From an uncultured Mycoplasmatota bacterium (GTDB lineage Bacteria; Bacillota_I; Bacilli_A; RF39; UBA660): 64,000 bases of DNA. Positions within the stretch are counted from its first letter, which is position 1. Each line of letters begins with the position of its first letter. The stretch covers positions 238 through 64,237 of the forward strand of contig CAMLWN010000001.1 of NCBI GenBank assembly GCA_946490195.1, in the 5' to 3' direction. The notes under the pieces are model-generated. The model had not been told where the DNA came from. It made no database searches and saw nothing but the letters and a program-made list of their open reading frames with translations. This document shows positions 49,338-57,993 of this stretch, one piece after another. Both the position numbers and the translations under genes were made by a program.

Positions 49338-50603
49338 ATGAAACTAGAAAAATTTAAACAAAGAGATCCAAAGAAAATAGGAATAACGATATTTACCGTA
49401 GTATGTGTATTACTAGTAGCAGGAGTATTTTTCTACACATCATTTGCATCATTTCAAACTCAACAAGAATTTAATATTATTCATGGTACAGTAGGAAGTA
49501 ATGGAGATCTTTACTTTGCATTTTACGTAGACGATGTTATATCAAAGACAATGCCCCAAAAAGGAGAAGGATATGTTTTAGATAAAGAAAAAACAAATTG
49601 TACAAAGGGAGCAAGTGTCGAATTTAATGAAAACGATTGGTCTGTGAAAGTCTTAAACATGACAGAAACAAGAACAAAATGTACATTGTATTTTGAAAAG
49701 GAACCAACAGCAGCAGATACTATTTTAGCTAAAGGAGAAACAGAAGAGTTAGCCTATGATGGTACAGTTGATAACAATTTAAGATATATCGGAGCAAATC
49801 CAAATAATTATGTATCCTTCAATAATGAATTATGGAGAATCATCGGAGTATTTAATAATATAGATGATGGAACAGGAAAAAAAGAAACGAGATTAAAAAT
49901 CATAAGAGATGAACCTATAGGAAAATATAGTTGGGATAATAAAGCAAGTGGTACTGGATCATCTACTTCATCATCTGGAAGTAATGATTGGAGTGATAGT
50001 ACCCTACAAATCGTATTAAATGAAGGAGCATATTGGAATCGAACAAGTGGAGAATGTCCATATGGGCGAAACGGAGCTACAACGTCTTGCAACTTTAGTG
50101 CTACTGGCTTAACAGAAGAAGCAAAATCTATGATAAGTAATGCCAAATGGAACTTAGGAGGAACAGCAAGTTATACAAGTAGTAGTAATGGATTAGCAAG
50201 TCATTGGTACACATATGAAAGAGGCACAACGGTATATAGTGGAAGACCAACAGAATGGATAGGGAAAATAGGATTAATGTATCCAAGTGACTATGGCTAC
50301 GCAACAGCAGGAGGAAGTACAACAAATAGACAAACATGTCTAAATACTGAGTTATACAATTGGAGTGGTTATGATGATTGTTTCAATAACGACTGGTTAT
50401 ACACAGGATCATATCAATGGACCTTAACTCCCTGTTCCAGTTATGCGCACAGCGTGTTCTTTATGTACAGTCGTGGCGGCGTGAACGTGCTCGCTGCGTA
50501 CAGCACGAATGACGCGGTTTCCCCCGCCTTATATCTAAACTCTAACGTTAAAATAAGTGGAGGAGATGGTTCTTCTAGTTCACCGTTTATTTTAAGTCTA
50601 TAG
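49338..50603 (+). CDS. DGR target protein: membrane-anchored surface protein with C-terminal CLec-like variable domain
   Basis: Signal-anchor. The C-terminal VR (50426..50528) matches the TR except at TR adenines. The VR is GC-rich in an AT-rich gene. Confidence 0.85.
   Translation: MKLEKFKQRDPKKIGITIFTVVCVLLVAGVFFYTSFASFQTQQEFNIIHGTVGSNGDLYFAFYVDDVISKTMPQKGEGYVLDKEKTNCTKGASVEFNENDWSVKVLNMTETRTKCTLYFEKEPTAADTILAKGETEELAYDGTVDNNLRYIGANPNNYVSFNNELWRIIGVFNNIDDGTGKKETRLKIIRDEPIGKYSWDNKASGTGSSTSSSGSNDWSDSTLQIVLNEGAYWNRTSGECPYGRNGATTSCNFSATGLTEEAKSMISNAKWNLGGTASYTSSSNGLASHWYTYERGTTVYSGRPTEWIGKIGLMYPSDYGYATAGGSTTNRQTCLNTELYNWSGYDDCFNNDWLYTGSYQWTLTPCSSYAHSVFFMYSRGGVNVLAAYSTNDAVSPALYLNSNVKISGGDGSSSSPFILSL
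50426..50528 (+). repeat. DGR variable repeat (VR)
   Basis: 103-bp gap-free alignment to the TR. Of 22 mismatches, 20 fall on TR adenines. Aligned VR codons include TTT, TAC, CGT, GGC, CTC, GCT, TAC, AGC and GAC. Confidence 0.85.
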
Positions 50604-50621
50604 GATACCTAAAAATGGGGG

Positions 50622-50647
50622 CCCAGCCACGTGTAAAAGTGGCAGGG
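50622..50647 (+). other. GC-rich hairpin downstream of VR (candidate DGR homing-associated stem-loop)
   Basis: cccagccac-gtgtaaaa-gtggcaggg, a 9-bp stem with one mismatch. It is the only GC-rich non-coding stretch in the vicinity. Confidence 0.4.
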
Positions 50648-50741
50648 GAACGACTTCAGTTATCCACATCAAGATCAAGAAATGTAATAATACCTTTGAG
50701 TTTTTCAAAGTTATTATAAGGTAAATCTGTTATATAAAGGG

Positions 50742-50844
50742 AACTCCCAATTCCAGTAATTCGAACAACGTGTTCAATGTGAACAGTAATGGCAACGTGA
50801 ACGTGAACAATGCGAACAACACGAATAACGCGGATTCCCCCGCC
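50742..50844 (+). repeat. DGR template repeat (TR)
   Basis: Non-coding and rich in AAC/AAT triplets in the frame corresponding to the VR. It is 81/103 identical to the VR. Confidence 0.85.
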
Positions 50845-50937
50845 AGTCCTTATTATGATGAGTAAATATAGTTAAGGCTATATTTGAGAGTGAATAAGGC
50901 CAAGATTTGTCTTTGGTTTACAACCTAAATATACAGT

Positions 50938-51363
50938 ATGGATGGAGAGTATACGTACAAACCTATACACCATACTTTTTTAGAAAGGATAGAGTTTACT
51001 GTGAGTAAATATATTAAGCTTAAAAGAAAAGGAAAATTTTATGAAGTAAAACATGAAGATGATTATATTTTATGGTATTTATTAAGATATAAAATTCATA
51101 ATAATAAAGTAGGTTTTCCAGAAAGTTCTTTATTTAAAGTATTAGATATTTTAAAAGAAAATCAAGTAGGATATCGTTTATCTTTAGATGATGATTTAGG
51201 TTATATAAAAAGTACTACAGAAAATAAATATAAAGAAATTTTAGAAAAAGCTAAAAAAGAATGGATAAAAGAGAAAAAAGAAAAAGATTTATTAGAAAAA
51301 ATAAAAAAAGCTAAACAAGAAGATTTAGAAAAAGTTTTAAGTTATATAGAAAGTGTCTTATGA
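50938..51363 (+). CDS. DGR-associated accessory protein of unknown function (basic, helical C-terminus)
   Basis: ORF between the TR and avd. K/E-rich C-terminus. Confidence 0.4.
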   Translation: MDGEYTYKPIHHTFLERIEFTVSKYIKLKRKGKFYEVKHEDDYILWYLLRYKIHNNKVGFPESSLFKVLDILKENQVGYRLSLDDDLGYIKSTTENKYKEILEKAKKEWIKEKKEKDLLEKIKKAKQEDLEKVLSYIESVL

Positions 51364-51680
51364 AAGAAGAATTAAAAATATTTATTGAAGCAAAATCTTT
51401 TTTAGAAAAAATAACAGAATATAGTATCTATTTTTCAAAAAGAGAAAATATTTTTAAAAATAAAATTATGGAAACTAGTTTTTCTTTTTTAGAAAATTTA
51501 TATATTTATAATTATAAAAAAGAAAAGATAGAAATTTTATTTAAAGATGTAGCTATGTTAAATTATTATATAGAGTATGCTTATAAGAAAAGAATCATTT
51601 CTCATAAAATAAATAATGAATTAACTAATAAACTTTCTTTTATTTTAAGACTACTTTATGGTTTAAAAAATGTTTCTTGA
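51360..51680 (+). CDS. avd: accessory variability determinant (Avd)-like four-helix-bundle protein
   Basis: 106 aa, helical and basic. It ends in LSFILRLLYGL, which resembles the bAvd C-terminus (IAEVGRILG). It lies immediately upstream of the RT. Confidence 0.55.
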   Translation: MKEELKIFIEAKSFLEKITEYSIYFSKRENIFKNKIMETSFSFLENLYIYNYKKEKIEILFKDVAMLNYYIEYAYKKRIISHKINNELTNKLSFILRLLYGLKNVS

Positions 51681-51740
51681 ATTGTTACATATTTATAAAA
51701 AGAAATCAGAAAAAATACAAAAAATAAAAGAAAAGTTTAT

Positions 51741-52721
51741 TTGTTTGAAATATATAAAATGAGTTATATAAAAGAAATTGAAAATATTTTAGAAAGTAGT
51801 TATACATATAGTTGTAAATATCAAATCTTTTTAATTTTTGAACCTAAAGTAAGAGTAGTAATGAGTTTACCTATTAAAGATAAAGTATTAAATCATTATG
51901 TTACTAGATATATATTGATACCTAAATTGAAAAAATATTTAGATGAAAGAAATGTCGCGACTAGAAAAGATATGGGAGTAGGGTTAGCTAGAAAACTTTT
52001 TAAAAAATATTTGTGTAAAATGAAAAATAAAAATTTTTATATTTTAAAAATGGATATAGAAAAATACTTTTATCGTATAGATCATGAAGTATTAAAGAGG
52101 TTGTTAAAAGACAAATTAAGCGAAAAAGAATTTACTTTAATAAAAGATATTATAGATAGTACAAACAGGGAATATATTCATAAGAAAATTGAATTTTTAG
52201 AAAAGAAATATGGGATAGAGTTACCTAAATATGAGTATGGAAAAGGGTTACCTATAGGGAATATGACAAGTCAATTTTTAAGTGTTTTTTATTTATATAA
52301 ATTAGATCACAAAATCATCCATGATTATCATTTGAAATACTATATGAAATATATGGATGATTTTGTGATACTTCATGAAAATAAACAGTATTTAGAAAAC
52401 ATATTTTTAAAAATAAAAGAAGAATTAGAAACAGTATATAAATTAAAAATAAATAAAAAGAAAAGTTTAATTGTAAATAGTAAAGAAGGGATTACTTTTT
52501 TAGGAATTCATTATAAAATAAAAAAGAATAAAATAGTTGAGTTTTTACCAAATAAAAAGAAACAAGCAATAAGAAAGAAAATCAAGAAAAATTTTTTTGA
52601 ATTTAAGAATAATATGAAAAATATTGAAAGTTTATTTAGTAGTAGAGAATGCTTTTTACATAGTTATAAAGTGAGTAGAAAGTATATAAAAGAATTAATT
52701 TATGAAATGGAAAAGAATTGA
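51741..52721 (+). CDS. DGR reverse transcriptase
   Basis: RT motifs 1-5 are present: PIKDKVLNHYV, LKMDIEKYFYRIDH, GLPIGNMTSQF (the DGR-specific SQ motif) and YMDDFVIL. Size (326 aa) is similar to the Bordetella phage bRT. Confidence 0.9.
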   Translation: MFEIYKMSYIKEIENILESSYTYSCKYQIFLIFEPKVRVVMSLPIKDKVLNHYVTRYILIPKLKKYLDERNVATRKDMGVGLARKLFKKYLCKMKNKNFYILKMDIEKYFYRIDHEVLKRLLKDKLSEKEFTLIKDIIDSTNREYIHKKIEFLEKKYGIELPKYEYGKGLPIGNMTSQFLSVFYLYKLDHKIIHDYHLKYYMKYMDDFVILHENKQYLENIFLKIKEELETVYKLKINKKKSLIVNSKEGITFLGIHYKIKKNKIVEFLPNKKKQAIRKKIKKNFFEFKNNMKNIESLFSSRECFLHSYKVSRKYIKELIYEMEKN

Positions 52722-52974
52722 ATATCTAGAAAAATATTATTATGATAGTGTGATTTTATTTTTAGAAAAAAATAAATTGATAAGTTATGATGAAATATTC
52801 TATTTTTTTAAAACAAAAGAAGAGTTAGAAAAATATCAAATTTCTTATATAATTATTGAAAATTTAAAAATTATTCATTTTACTTTTTATAAAGAAAATC
52901 AATATTTTCTTTATAAAAATCTATTTTATTTATTAAAAAAGGAAAATGAAGTTTTCTTGGGAATATATAAGTAG
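52702..52974 (+). CDS. small hypothetical protein overlapping RT 3' end
   Basis: 90-aa ORF with no motif. Confidence 0.3.
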   Translation: MKWKRIEYLEKYYYDSVILFLEKNKLISYDEIFYFFKTKEELEKYQISYIIIENLKIIHFTFYKENQYFLYKNLFYLLKKENEVFLGIYK

Positions 52975-52986
52975 GAGGAAAACTTT

Positions 52987-53850
52987 ATGAATGAAATTGT
53001 AGAAGAATTAAAAATAGAAAAAATGATTTATGAAATAAGAGGAAAACAAGTGATGCTAGATAGTGATTTAGCTAAACTTTATCAAGTAGAAACAAAAAGA
53101 ATAAATGAAGCTGTAAGCAGGAATAAAGAAAAATTTCCTGTTAGATTTAGTTTCACAATTAGTGAGAAAGAATATAATCTTTTGAAGTCGCAAATTGCGA
53201 CTTCAAAAGGAGGCTCGAGAAAAGGTCATAGAGTGTTTACAGAACAAGGAGTAGCAATGCTAGCAACTATTTTAAAATCGAAAATTGCAACAGAAGTAAG
53301 CATTAGAATTATGGATGCCTTTGTAGCTATGAGAAAATATATTGGAAATAACTTGATTGAACAAAGATATATTAATCATTTAGTTATTGAACATGAAGAT
53401 AAGATTAAACTTTTAGAAACCAGTTTTGAAAAATTAGAAACAAAGAAAAATGAAATTTACTTTAATGGACAAATTTATGATGCCTATTCAAAGATTTTAG
53501 ATATATTAAGTGAAGCAAAAGAAGAAATTATAATCATTGATGGCTATGCAGATAAAAGTGTATTAGATATGATACGAAATACAGAAGTGAAAGTAATCTT
53601 AATTATTAAAAACTGTGGGAATTTAAAAGAGCAAGATATTTTAAAATATCAAGAACAATACAATAATTTAAATATTATTTATGATACTTCTTTTCATGAC
53701 AGATATATCATTTTAGATAAAAAAGTATTTTATCATTGTGGAGCTTCATTAAATCATGCTGGAAGTAAAACTTTTTCTATAAATACATTAGAAGATGAAA
53801 TGGTTCAAAAACTTTTAATAGATAAGATAGGAGAATTAGAATATGAATGA
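52987..53850 (+). CDS. ORF6N-domain protein with C-terminal HDRYIILD/ASLNHAG domain (copy A, intact)
   Basis: IRGKQVMLDSDLAKLYQVETKRINEAV...RVFTEQGVAMLATILKS is the ORF6N signature. The C-terminal domain contains FHDRYIILDKK...YHCGASLNHAGSK. Confidence 0.7.
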   Translation: MNEIVEELKIEKMIYEIRGKQVMLDSDLAKLYQVETKRINEAVSRNKEKFPVRFSFTISEKEYNLLKSQIATSKGGSRKGHRVFTEQGVAMLATILKSKIATEVSIRIMDAFVAMRKYIGNNLIEQRYINHLVIEHEDKIKLLETSFEKLETKKNEIYFNGQIYDAYSKILDILSEAKEEIIIIDGYADKSVLDMIRNTEVKVILIIKNCGNLKEQDILKYQEQYNNLNIIYDTSFHDRYIILDKKVFYHCGASLNHAGSKTFSINTLEDEMVQKLLIDKIGELEYE

Positions 53851-54358
53851 AATTGTAGAAGAGTTAAAAATAGAAAAGATGATTTATGAAATAAGAGGAA
53901 AGCAAGTGATGTTAGATAGTGATTTAGCTAAACTTTATCAAGTAGAAACAAAAAGAATAAATGAAGCTGTAAAAAATAATTTAGAAAAATTTCCATCACG
54001 TTTTTGTTTCATCCTAGACCAAGAAGAAATGTTTTTTTTGAAGTCGAAATTTTCGACCTCAAATACAAAGCAACGTGGTGGACGTAGGTATAATATAAGA
54101 GTTTTTACAGAGCAAGGAGTAGCAATGCTAGCAACTATTTTAAAATCCAAAATCGCAACAGAAGTAAGCATTCGAATTATGGATGCCTTTGTAGCTATGA
54201 GAAAATATATTGGAAATAACTTGATTGAACAAAGATATATTAATCATTTAGTTATTGAACATGAAGATAAGATTAAACTTTTAGAAACTAGTTTTGAAAA
54301 ATTAGAAACAAAAAGAATAAATGAAACTGTAAAAAATAATTTAGAAAAATTTCCTTAA
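53843..54358 (+). pseudogene. ORF6N gene copy B, truncated by internal deletion/recombination
   Basis: N-terminal ORF6N domain intact. After LETK the frame jumps back to the N-terminal sequence RINETVKNNLEKFP and stops. Microhomology at the junction is gaaacaaa.agaataaatgaa. Confidence 0.55.
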
Positions 54359-54400
54359 AGATTTTCTTGGAAATTAACGGATGAAGAAAGCAAAGTTTTT

Positions 54401-54625
54401 TTGGTCGAAATTTTCGACCAAAAAATAGAACGACGTGGTGGAAGATATAAAGAGCCTAGAGTTTTTACAGAGCAAGGAGTAGCAATGCTAGCAACTGTTT
54501 TAAGAACTAATGCAGCAGAAGAAGAAATCATAATCATTGATAGCTATGCATATAAAAAGCGTTTTATCGATGAAATAGTTAAAAATCTTTTAATAAATAA
54601 GATAGGAGAATTACAAAATGAATGA
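54401..54625 (+). pseudogene. ORF6N gene fragment C (central + C-terminal remnant)
   Basis: Encodes RRGGRYKEPRVFTEQGVAMLATVL, then jumps to EEEIIIIDSYAY...KIGELQNE. Confidence 0.5.
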
Positions 54626-55487
54626 AATTGTAGAAGAGTTAAAAATAGAAAAGATGATTTATGAAGTAAGAGGAAAACAAGTGATGCTAGATAGTGATTT
54701 AGCTAAACTTTATCAGGTAGAAACAAAAAGAATAAATGAAGCTGTAAAAAATAATTTAGAAAAATTTCCTGAAAGATTTTCTTGGAAATTAACAGACGAA
54801 GAAGTAAAAGGTTTTTTAGTCAAAAATTTTGACCGAAAAATAGAACGACGTGGTGGAAGATATAAAGAGCCTAGAGTTTTTACAGAACAAGGTGTAGCAA
54901 TGCTAGCAACTATTTTAAAATCGAAAATTGCAACAGAAGTAAGCATTCGAATTATGGATGCCTTTGTAGCTATGAGAAAATATATTGGAAATAACTTGAT
55001 TGAACAAAGATATATTAATCATTTAGTTATTGAACATGAAGATAAGATTAAACTTTTAGAAAATAGTTTTGAAAAGTTAGAAACAAAGAAAAATGAAATT
55101 TATTTTAATGGACAAATTTATGATGCCTATTCAAAGATTTTAAATATATTAAGTGAAGCAAAAGAAGAAATTATAATCATTGATGGTTATGCAGATAAAA
55201 GTGTTTTAGATATGATACGAAATACGAAAGTGAAAGTAATCTTAATCATTAAAAACTGTGGGAATTTAAAAGAGCAAGATATTTTAAAATATCAAGAACA
55301 ATACAATAATTTACATCTTATTTATGATACTTCTTTTCATGACAGATATATCATTTTAGATAAAAAAATATTCTATCACTGTGGAGCTTCATTAAATCAT
55401 GCAGGAAGTAAAACTTTTTCTATAAATACATTAGAAGATGAAATGGTAAAAAACAGTCTTTTAGAAAAACTTGCAAAAATCACTTGA
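54618..55487 (+). CDS. ORF6N-domain protein, copy D (intact)
   Basis: Full-length paralog of copy A (289 aa). Confidence 0.7.
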   Translation: MNEIVEELKIEKMIYEVRGKQVMLDSDLAKLYQVETKRINEAVKNNLEKFPERFSWKLTDEEVKGFLVKNFDRKIERRGGRYKEPRVFTEQGVAMLATILKSKIATEVSIRIMDAFVAMRKYIGNNLIEQRYINHLVIEHEDKIKLLENSFEKLETKKNEIYFNGQIYDAYSKILNILSEAKEEIIIIDGYADKSVLDMIRNTKVKVILIIKNCGNLKEQDILKYQEQYNNLHLIYDTSFHDRYIILDKKIFYHCGASLNHAGSKTFSINTLEDEMVKNSLLEKLAKIT

Positions 55488-55532
55488 CTTAGAGTCTACT
55501 TCAAATGTTATGATTTTATTGGGGATGAAAAA

Positions 55533-55907
55533 ATGACAATAAAAGAAGTTTCAGAACAATATAGTCTTTCAAAGGATACGTTGAGATATTATGAAAAAGA
55601 AGGCTTGATTGGACCAGTTTTAAAAGGAAGTAATGGGCAAAGAGATTATCAAGAAGAAAATCTTCGCCAAATCGAATTTATTAAATGTATGCGGAGTATC
55701 AATATTCCAATTTCAGAACTAAAAAAATATATGGATTTATATGCTTTAGGAGATGAAACATTAGAAAGTCGTAAAGAAATTTTAGAAAGACAAATGGATT
55801 CTATTAATAAACAAATGAAAGATTTAGAACTTGCTAAAGAAAGATTAATAAAAAAATTAAAATTATATTACGAAGAATTAATCAAGAAAAGGAAAGGTAA
55901 ATCATAG
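55533..55907 (+). CDS. MerR-family transcriptional regulator
   Basis: N-terminal HTH MTIKEVSEQYSLSKDTLRYYEKEGLI and a C-terminal coiled coil. Confidence 0.75.
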   Translation: MTIKEVSEQYSLSKDTLRYYEKEGLIGPVLKGSNGQRDYQEENLRQIEFIKCMRSINIPISELKKYMDLYALGDETLESRKEILERQMDSINKQMKDLELAKERLIKKLKLYYEELIKKRKGKS

Positions 55908-55954
55908 ACTTTGCCTTTTTTTTCTGCTATAATTTCTGTAGATAGGAGAGTACT

Positions 55955-56551
55955 ATGGAAAAGAAAAAGATAGAAGAAAAAAAGCAAAAAAATAAAAAGA
56001 AAATGGAAAAAGAAAAAATAAGTGACGAAAAGAAAATTGAAGAATTTTTCTCACCAAATAAATATATTGTCGTGGGCATTCTTTTGCTGGGTGTAGTATT
56101 GGTTGCTTTAACTTTAGCTAGAATTTATGGAAGTACACAAAATATTGATTATTCAAAAAGTTATCTAGTGGATAAAGAAATCGTTCCAGAAATCACTTGT
56201 AATGATTTAGCTAACTCTATAAGCGGAGAAAGAAGTTTTATCTTTGTTACTCACTATGACTCTGAAGAAGAATATGAATTAGAAAAGGATTTAAAAGGGG
56301 TTATTGGAGAATATCGATTAAAAGATGATTTCTTTGTTTTTAAAGATGACCAAGAATGTGGCTCTATTAAAAATATAGAAGAAGGAAGTATTAAAGAAGC
56401 TTTAAAATTATCAGAATCCATTGACACAGTTCCTACCATTTTATATTATAAAGACGGTGAATTTGTTGACTATGTAAAAAGAGAAGATCCTAAGATGATA
56501 GAAGCAGCAGATTTTGTAAAATTATTAGATATTTATGAGATAACGAAATAA
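55955..56551 (+). CDS. membrane-anchored hypothetical protein (K/E-rich N-terminus)
   Basis: Single TM after a K/E-rich leader. Confidence 0.4.
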   Translation: MEKKKIEEKKQKNKKKMEKEKISDEKKIEEFFSPNKYIVVGILLLGVVLVALTLARIYGSTQNIDYSKSYLVDKEIVPEITCNDLANSISGERSFIFVTHYDSEEEYELEKDLKGVIGEYRLKDDFFVFKDDQECGSIKNIEEGSIKEALKLSESIDTVPTILYYKDGEFVDYVKREDPKMIEAADFVKLLDIYEITK

Positions 56552-56581
56552 AGTTATTTCTTTTTTTAAGAGGGTGAACTT

Positions 56582-57112
56582 ATGTTAAATATTGTTTTAT
56601 TTGAACCAGAAATACCGGGAAACACAGGAAATATCATGCGTACTTGTGTAGCAACGCATACACGTCTTCATTTAATCGAACCATTAGGTTTTTCCTTAGA
56701 TGAAAAATATATTCGCAGAAGTGGTGTGAATTATATCGATAATTGTGAGTATACAGTTTATAAAAATTGGGAAGATTTTATTAGTAAAAACAATGGTACA
56801 ATGTACTTTTTTACGAGATATGGTCATCATCCTCATTCAGATTTTGATTATAGTGATACCAAAGAAAATATTTATTTAGTATTTGGTAAAGAAAGTACAG
56901 GAATTCCTAGAAGTATTCTAAAGCCTCATTTACAAAATTGTGCAAGAATTCCTATGACAGATAAAGTTCGGGCTTTAAATTTATCAAACTCGGTAGCTAT
57001 TGTTCTTTATGAAGCTCTAAGACAACAGAATTATTTGGATTTATTTCGAGAAGAACCTAGTGAAGAAGGACATAAAGGAAATCACTTTATTGAAGATTAC
57101 GAAGGAGAATAA
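56582..57112 (+). CDS. trmL: tRNA (cytidine/uridine-2'-O)-methyltransferase TrmL (SpoU/TrmH family)
   Basis: LFEPEIPGNTGNIMRTC...LHLIEPLGF is the SPOUT signature. Confidence 0.8.
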   Translation: MLNIVLFEPEIPGNTGNIMRTCVATHTRLHLIEPLGFSLDEKYIRRSGVNYIDNCEYTVYKNWEDFISKNNGTMYFFTRYGHHPHSDFDYSDTKENIYLVFGKESTGIPRSILKPHLQNCARIPMTDKVRALNLSNSVAIVLYEALRQQNYLDLFREEPSEEGHKGNHFIEDYEGE

Positions 57113-57114
57113 CT

Positions 57115-57378
57115 ATGCATTGTAAAAGATGTGGTAAAGCAATTGGAACCGATCGAGGAATTTGTCCTTTCTGCGGGGCTATGCTATCCAAAGACCAAAT
57201 GGAGATTTATAAACAAGATAAAAAAGAGAATATGTTAAAGCCAGAAATGCTGACCGAAAAATTTGGGGAAAAACCACAATTTTATGAAAAAAGAGAAAAC
57301 AACACAAACTACTTATGGATATTTGTATTCCTTGGTTTAGCCCTTATAATTGGCTTAATCATTTTAATTTTTGTATGA
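57115..57378 (+). CDS. zinc-ribbon membrane protein
   Basis: CKRCG...CPFCG followed by a C-terminal TM. Confidence 0.5.
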   Translation: MHCKRCGKAIGTDRGICPFCGAMLSKDQMEIYKQDKKENMLKPEMLTEKFGEKPQFYEKRENNTNYLWIFVFLGLALIIGLIILIFV

Positions 57379-57418
57379 AATAGAAAAAACTTTCCACACT
57401 AAAAGTAAGAGGGATATT

Positions 57419-57934
57419 ATGGAAATATTTTTACTTTGTGGAAAGATTTTTTTTGCAAGAATTTTAGATGTAACCATTTCAACATTCAGACAAAACATTA
57501 TGTTAAAAGGAAAAAATTTAATTGGTGGCTGTCTAGCTTTTTTAGAAATACTCATTTGGTTTTTTGTGGCTCGTGAAGCCTTACTTATTCCAATCGAAAA
57601 CATTTTTATTCCAATTTCTTATGCATTAGGCTATGCGACAGGAACCCTTTTGGGGGCTTTTTTATCAAAAAACTTAATTAAAGGAGTTATTGGTATCCAA
57701 GTAATTACCGATGAAGATAAAAAAGAACTTGTCAATGCTCTAAAAATAAGAGGATATAGTTTTAATATTCTTGCTTTAGAAAACAATTATAATACAACAC
57801 CCAAAATAATGATTTTTTTAGAAGTAAATAAAAAAAGTTTAAAAAAAGTTCAAAATTTGATTCAAAAAAATGATCCAGATGCTTTTATAGCTATCAGTGA
57901 TACTAAACAAGTTTACAATGGTTCATTAAAATAA
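57419..57934 (+). CDS. UPF0316/DUF2179-family membrane protein
   Basis: ILDVTISTFRQNIMLKGK...GFLEILIW matches the UPF0316 N-terminus, followed by the C-terminal DUF2179 fold. Confidence 0.55.
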   Translation: MEIFLLCGKIFFARILDVTISTFRQNIMLKGKNLIGGCLAFLEILIWFFVAREALLIPIENIFIPISYALGYATGTLLGAFLSKNLIKGVIGIQVITDEDKKELVNALKIRGYSFNILALENNYNTTPKIMIFLEVNKKSLKKVQNLIQKNDPDAFIAISDTKQVYNGSLK

Positions 57935-57993
57935 TTTCCTTTTCTCTTCATAAAATGGTAGAATAAGAAAACCAAAGAAAGGAAGAGGCTTAG

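Noticed and set aside
52702-52974. Whether the 90-aa ORF is a frameshifted C-terminal extension of the RT.
   Set aside because: The 326-aa RT already matches the size of the Bordetella phage bRT and contains all RT motifs. No thumb-like sequence is evident in the small ORF.
46694-55487. Checked the tandem repeats (46694..46802) and the ORF6N array for CRISPR-like organisation.
   Set aside because: The units are degenerate or are whole genes, with no unique spacer-like inserts of uniform length and no cas genes nearby.
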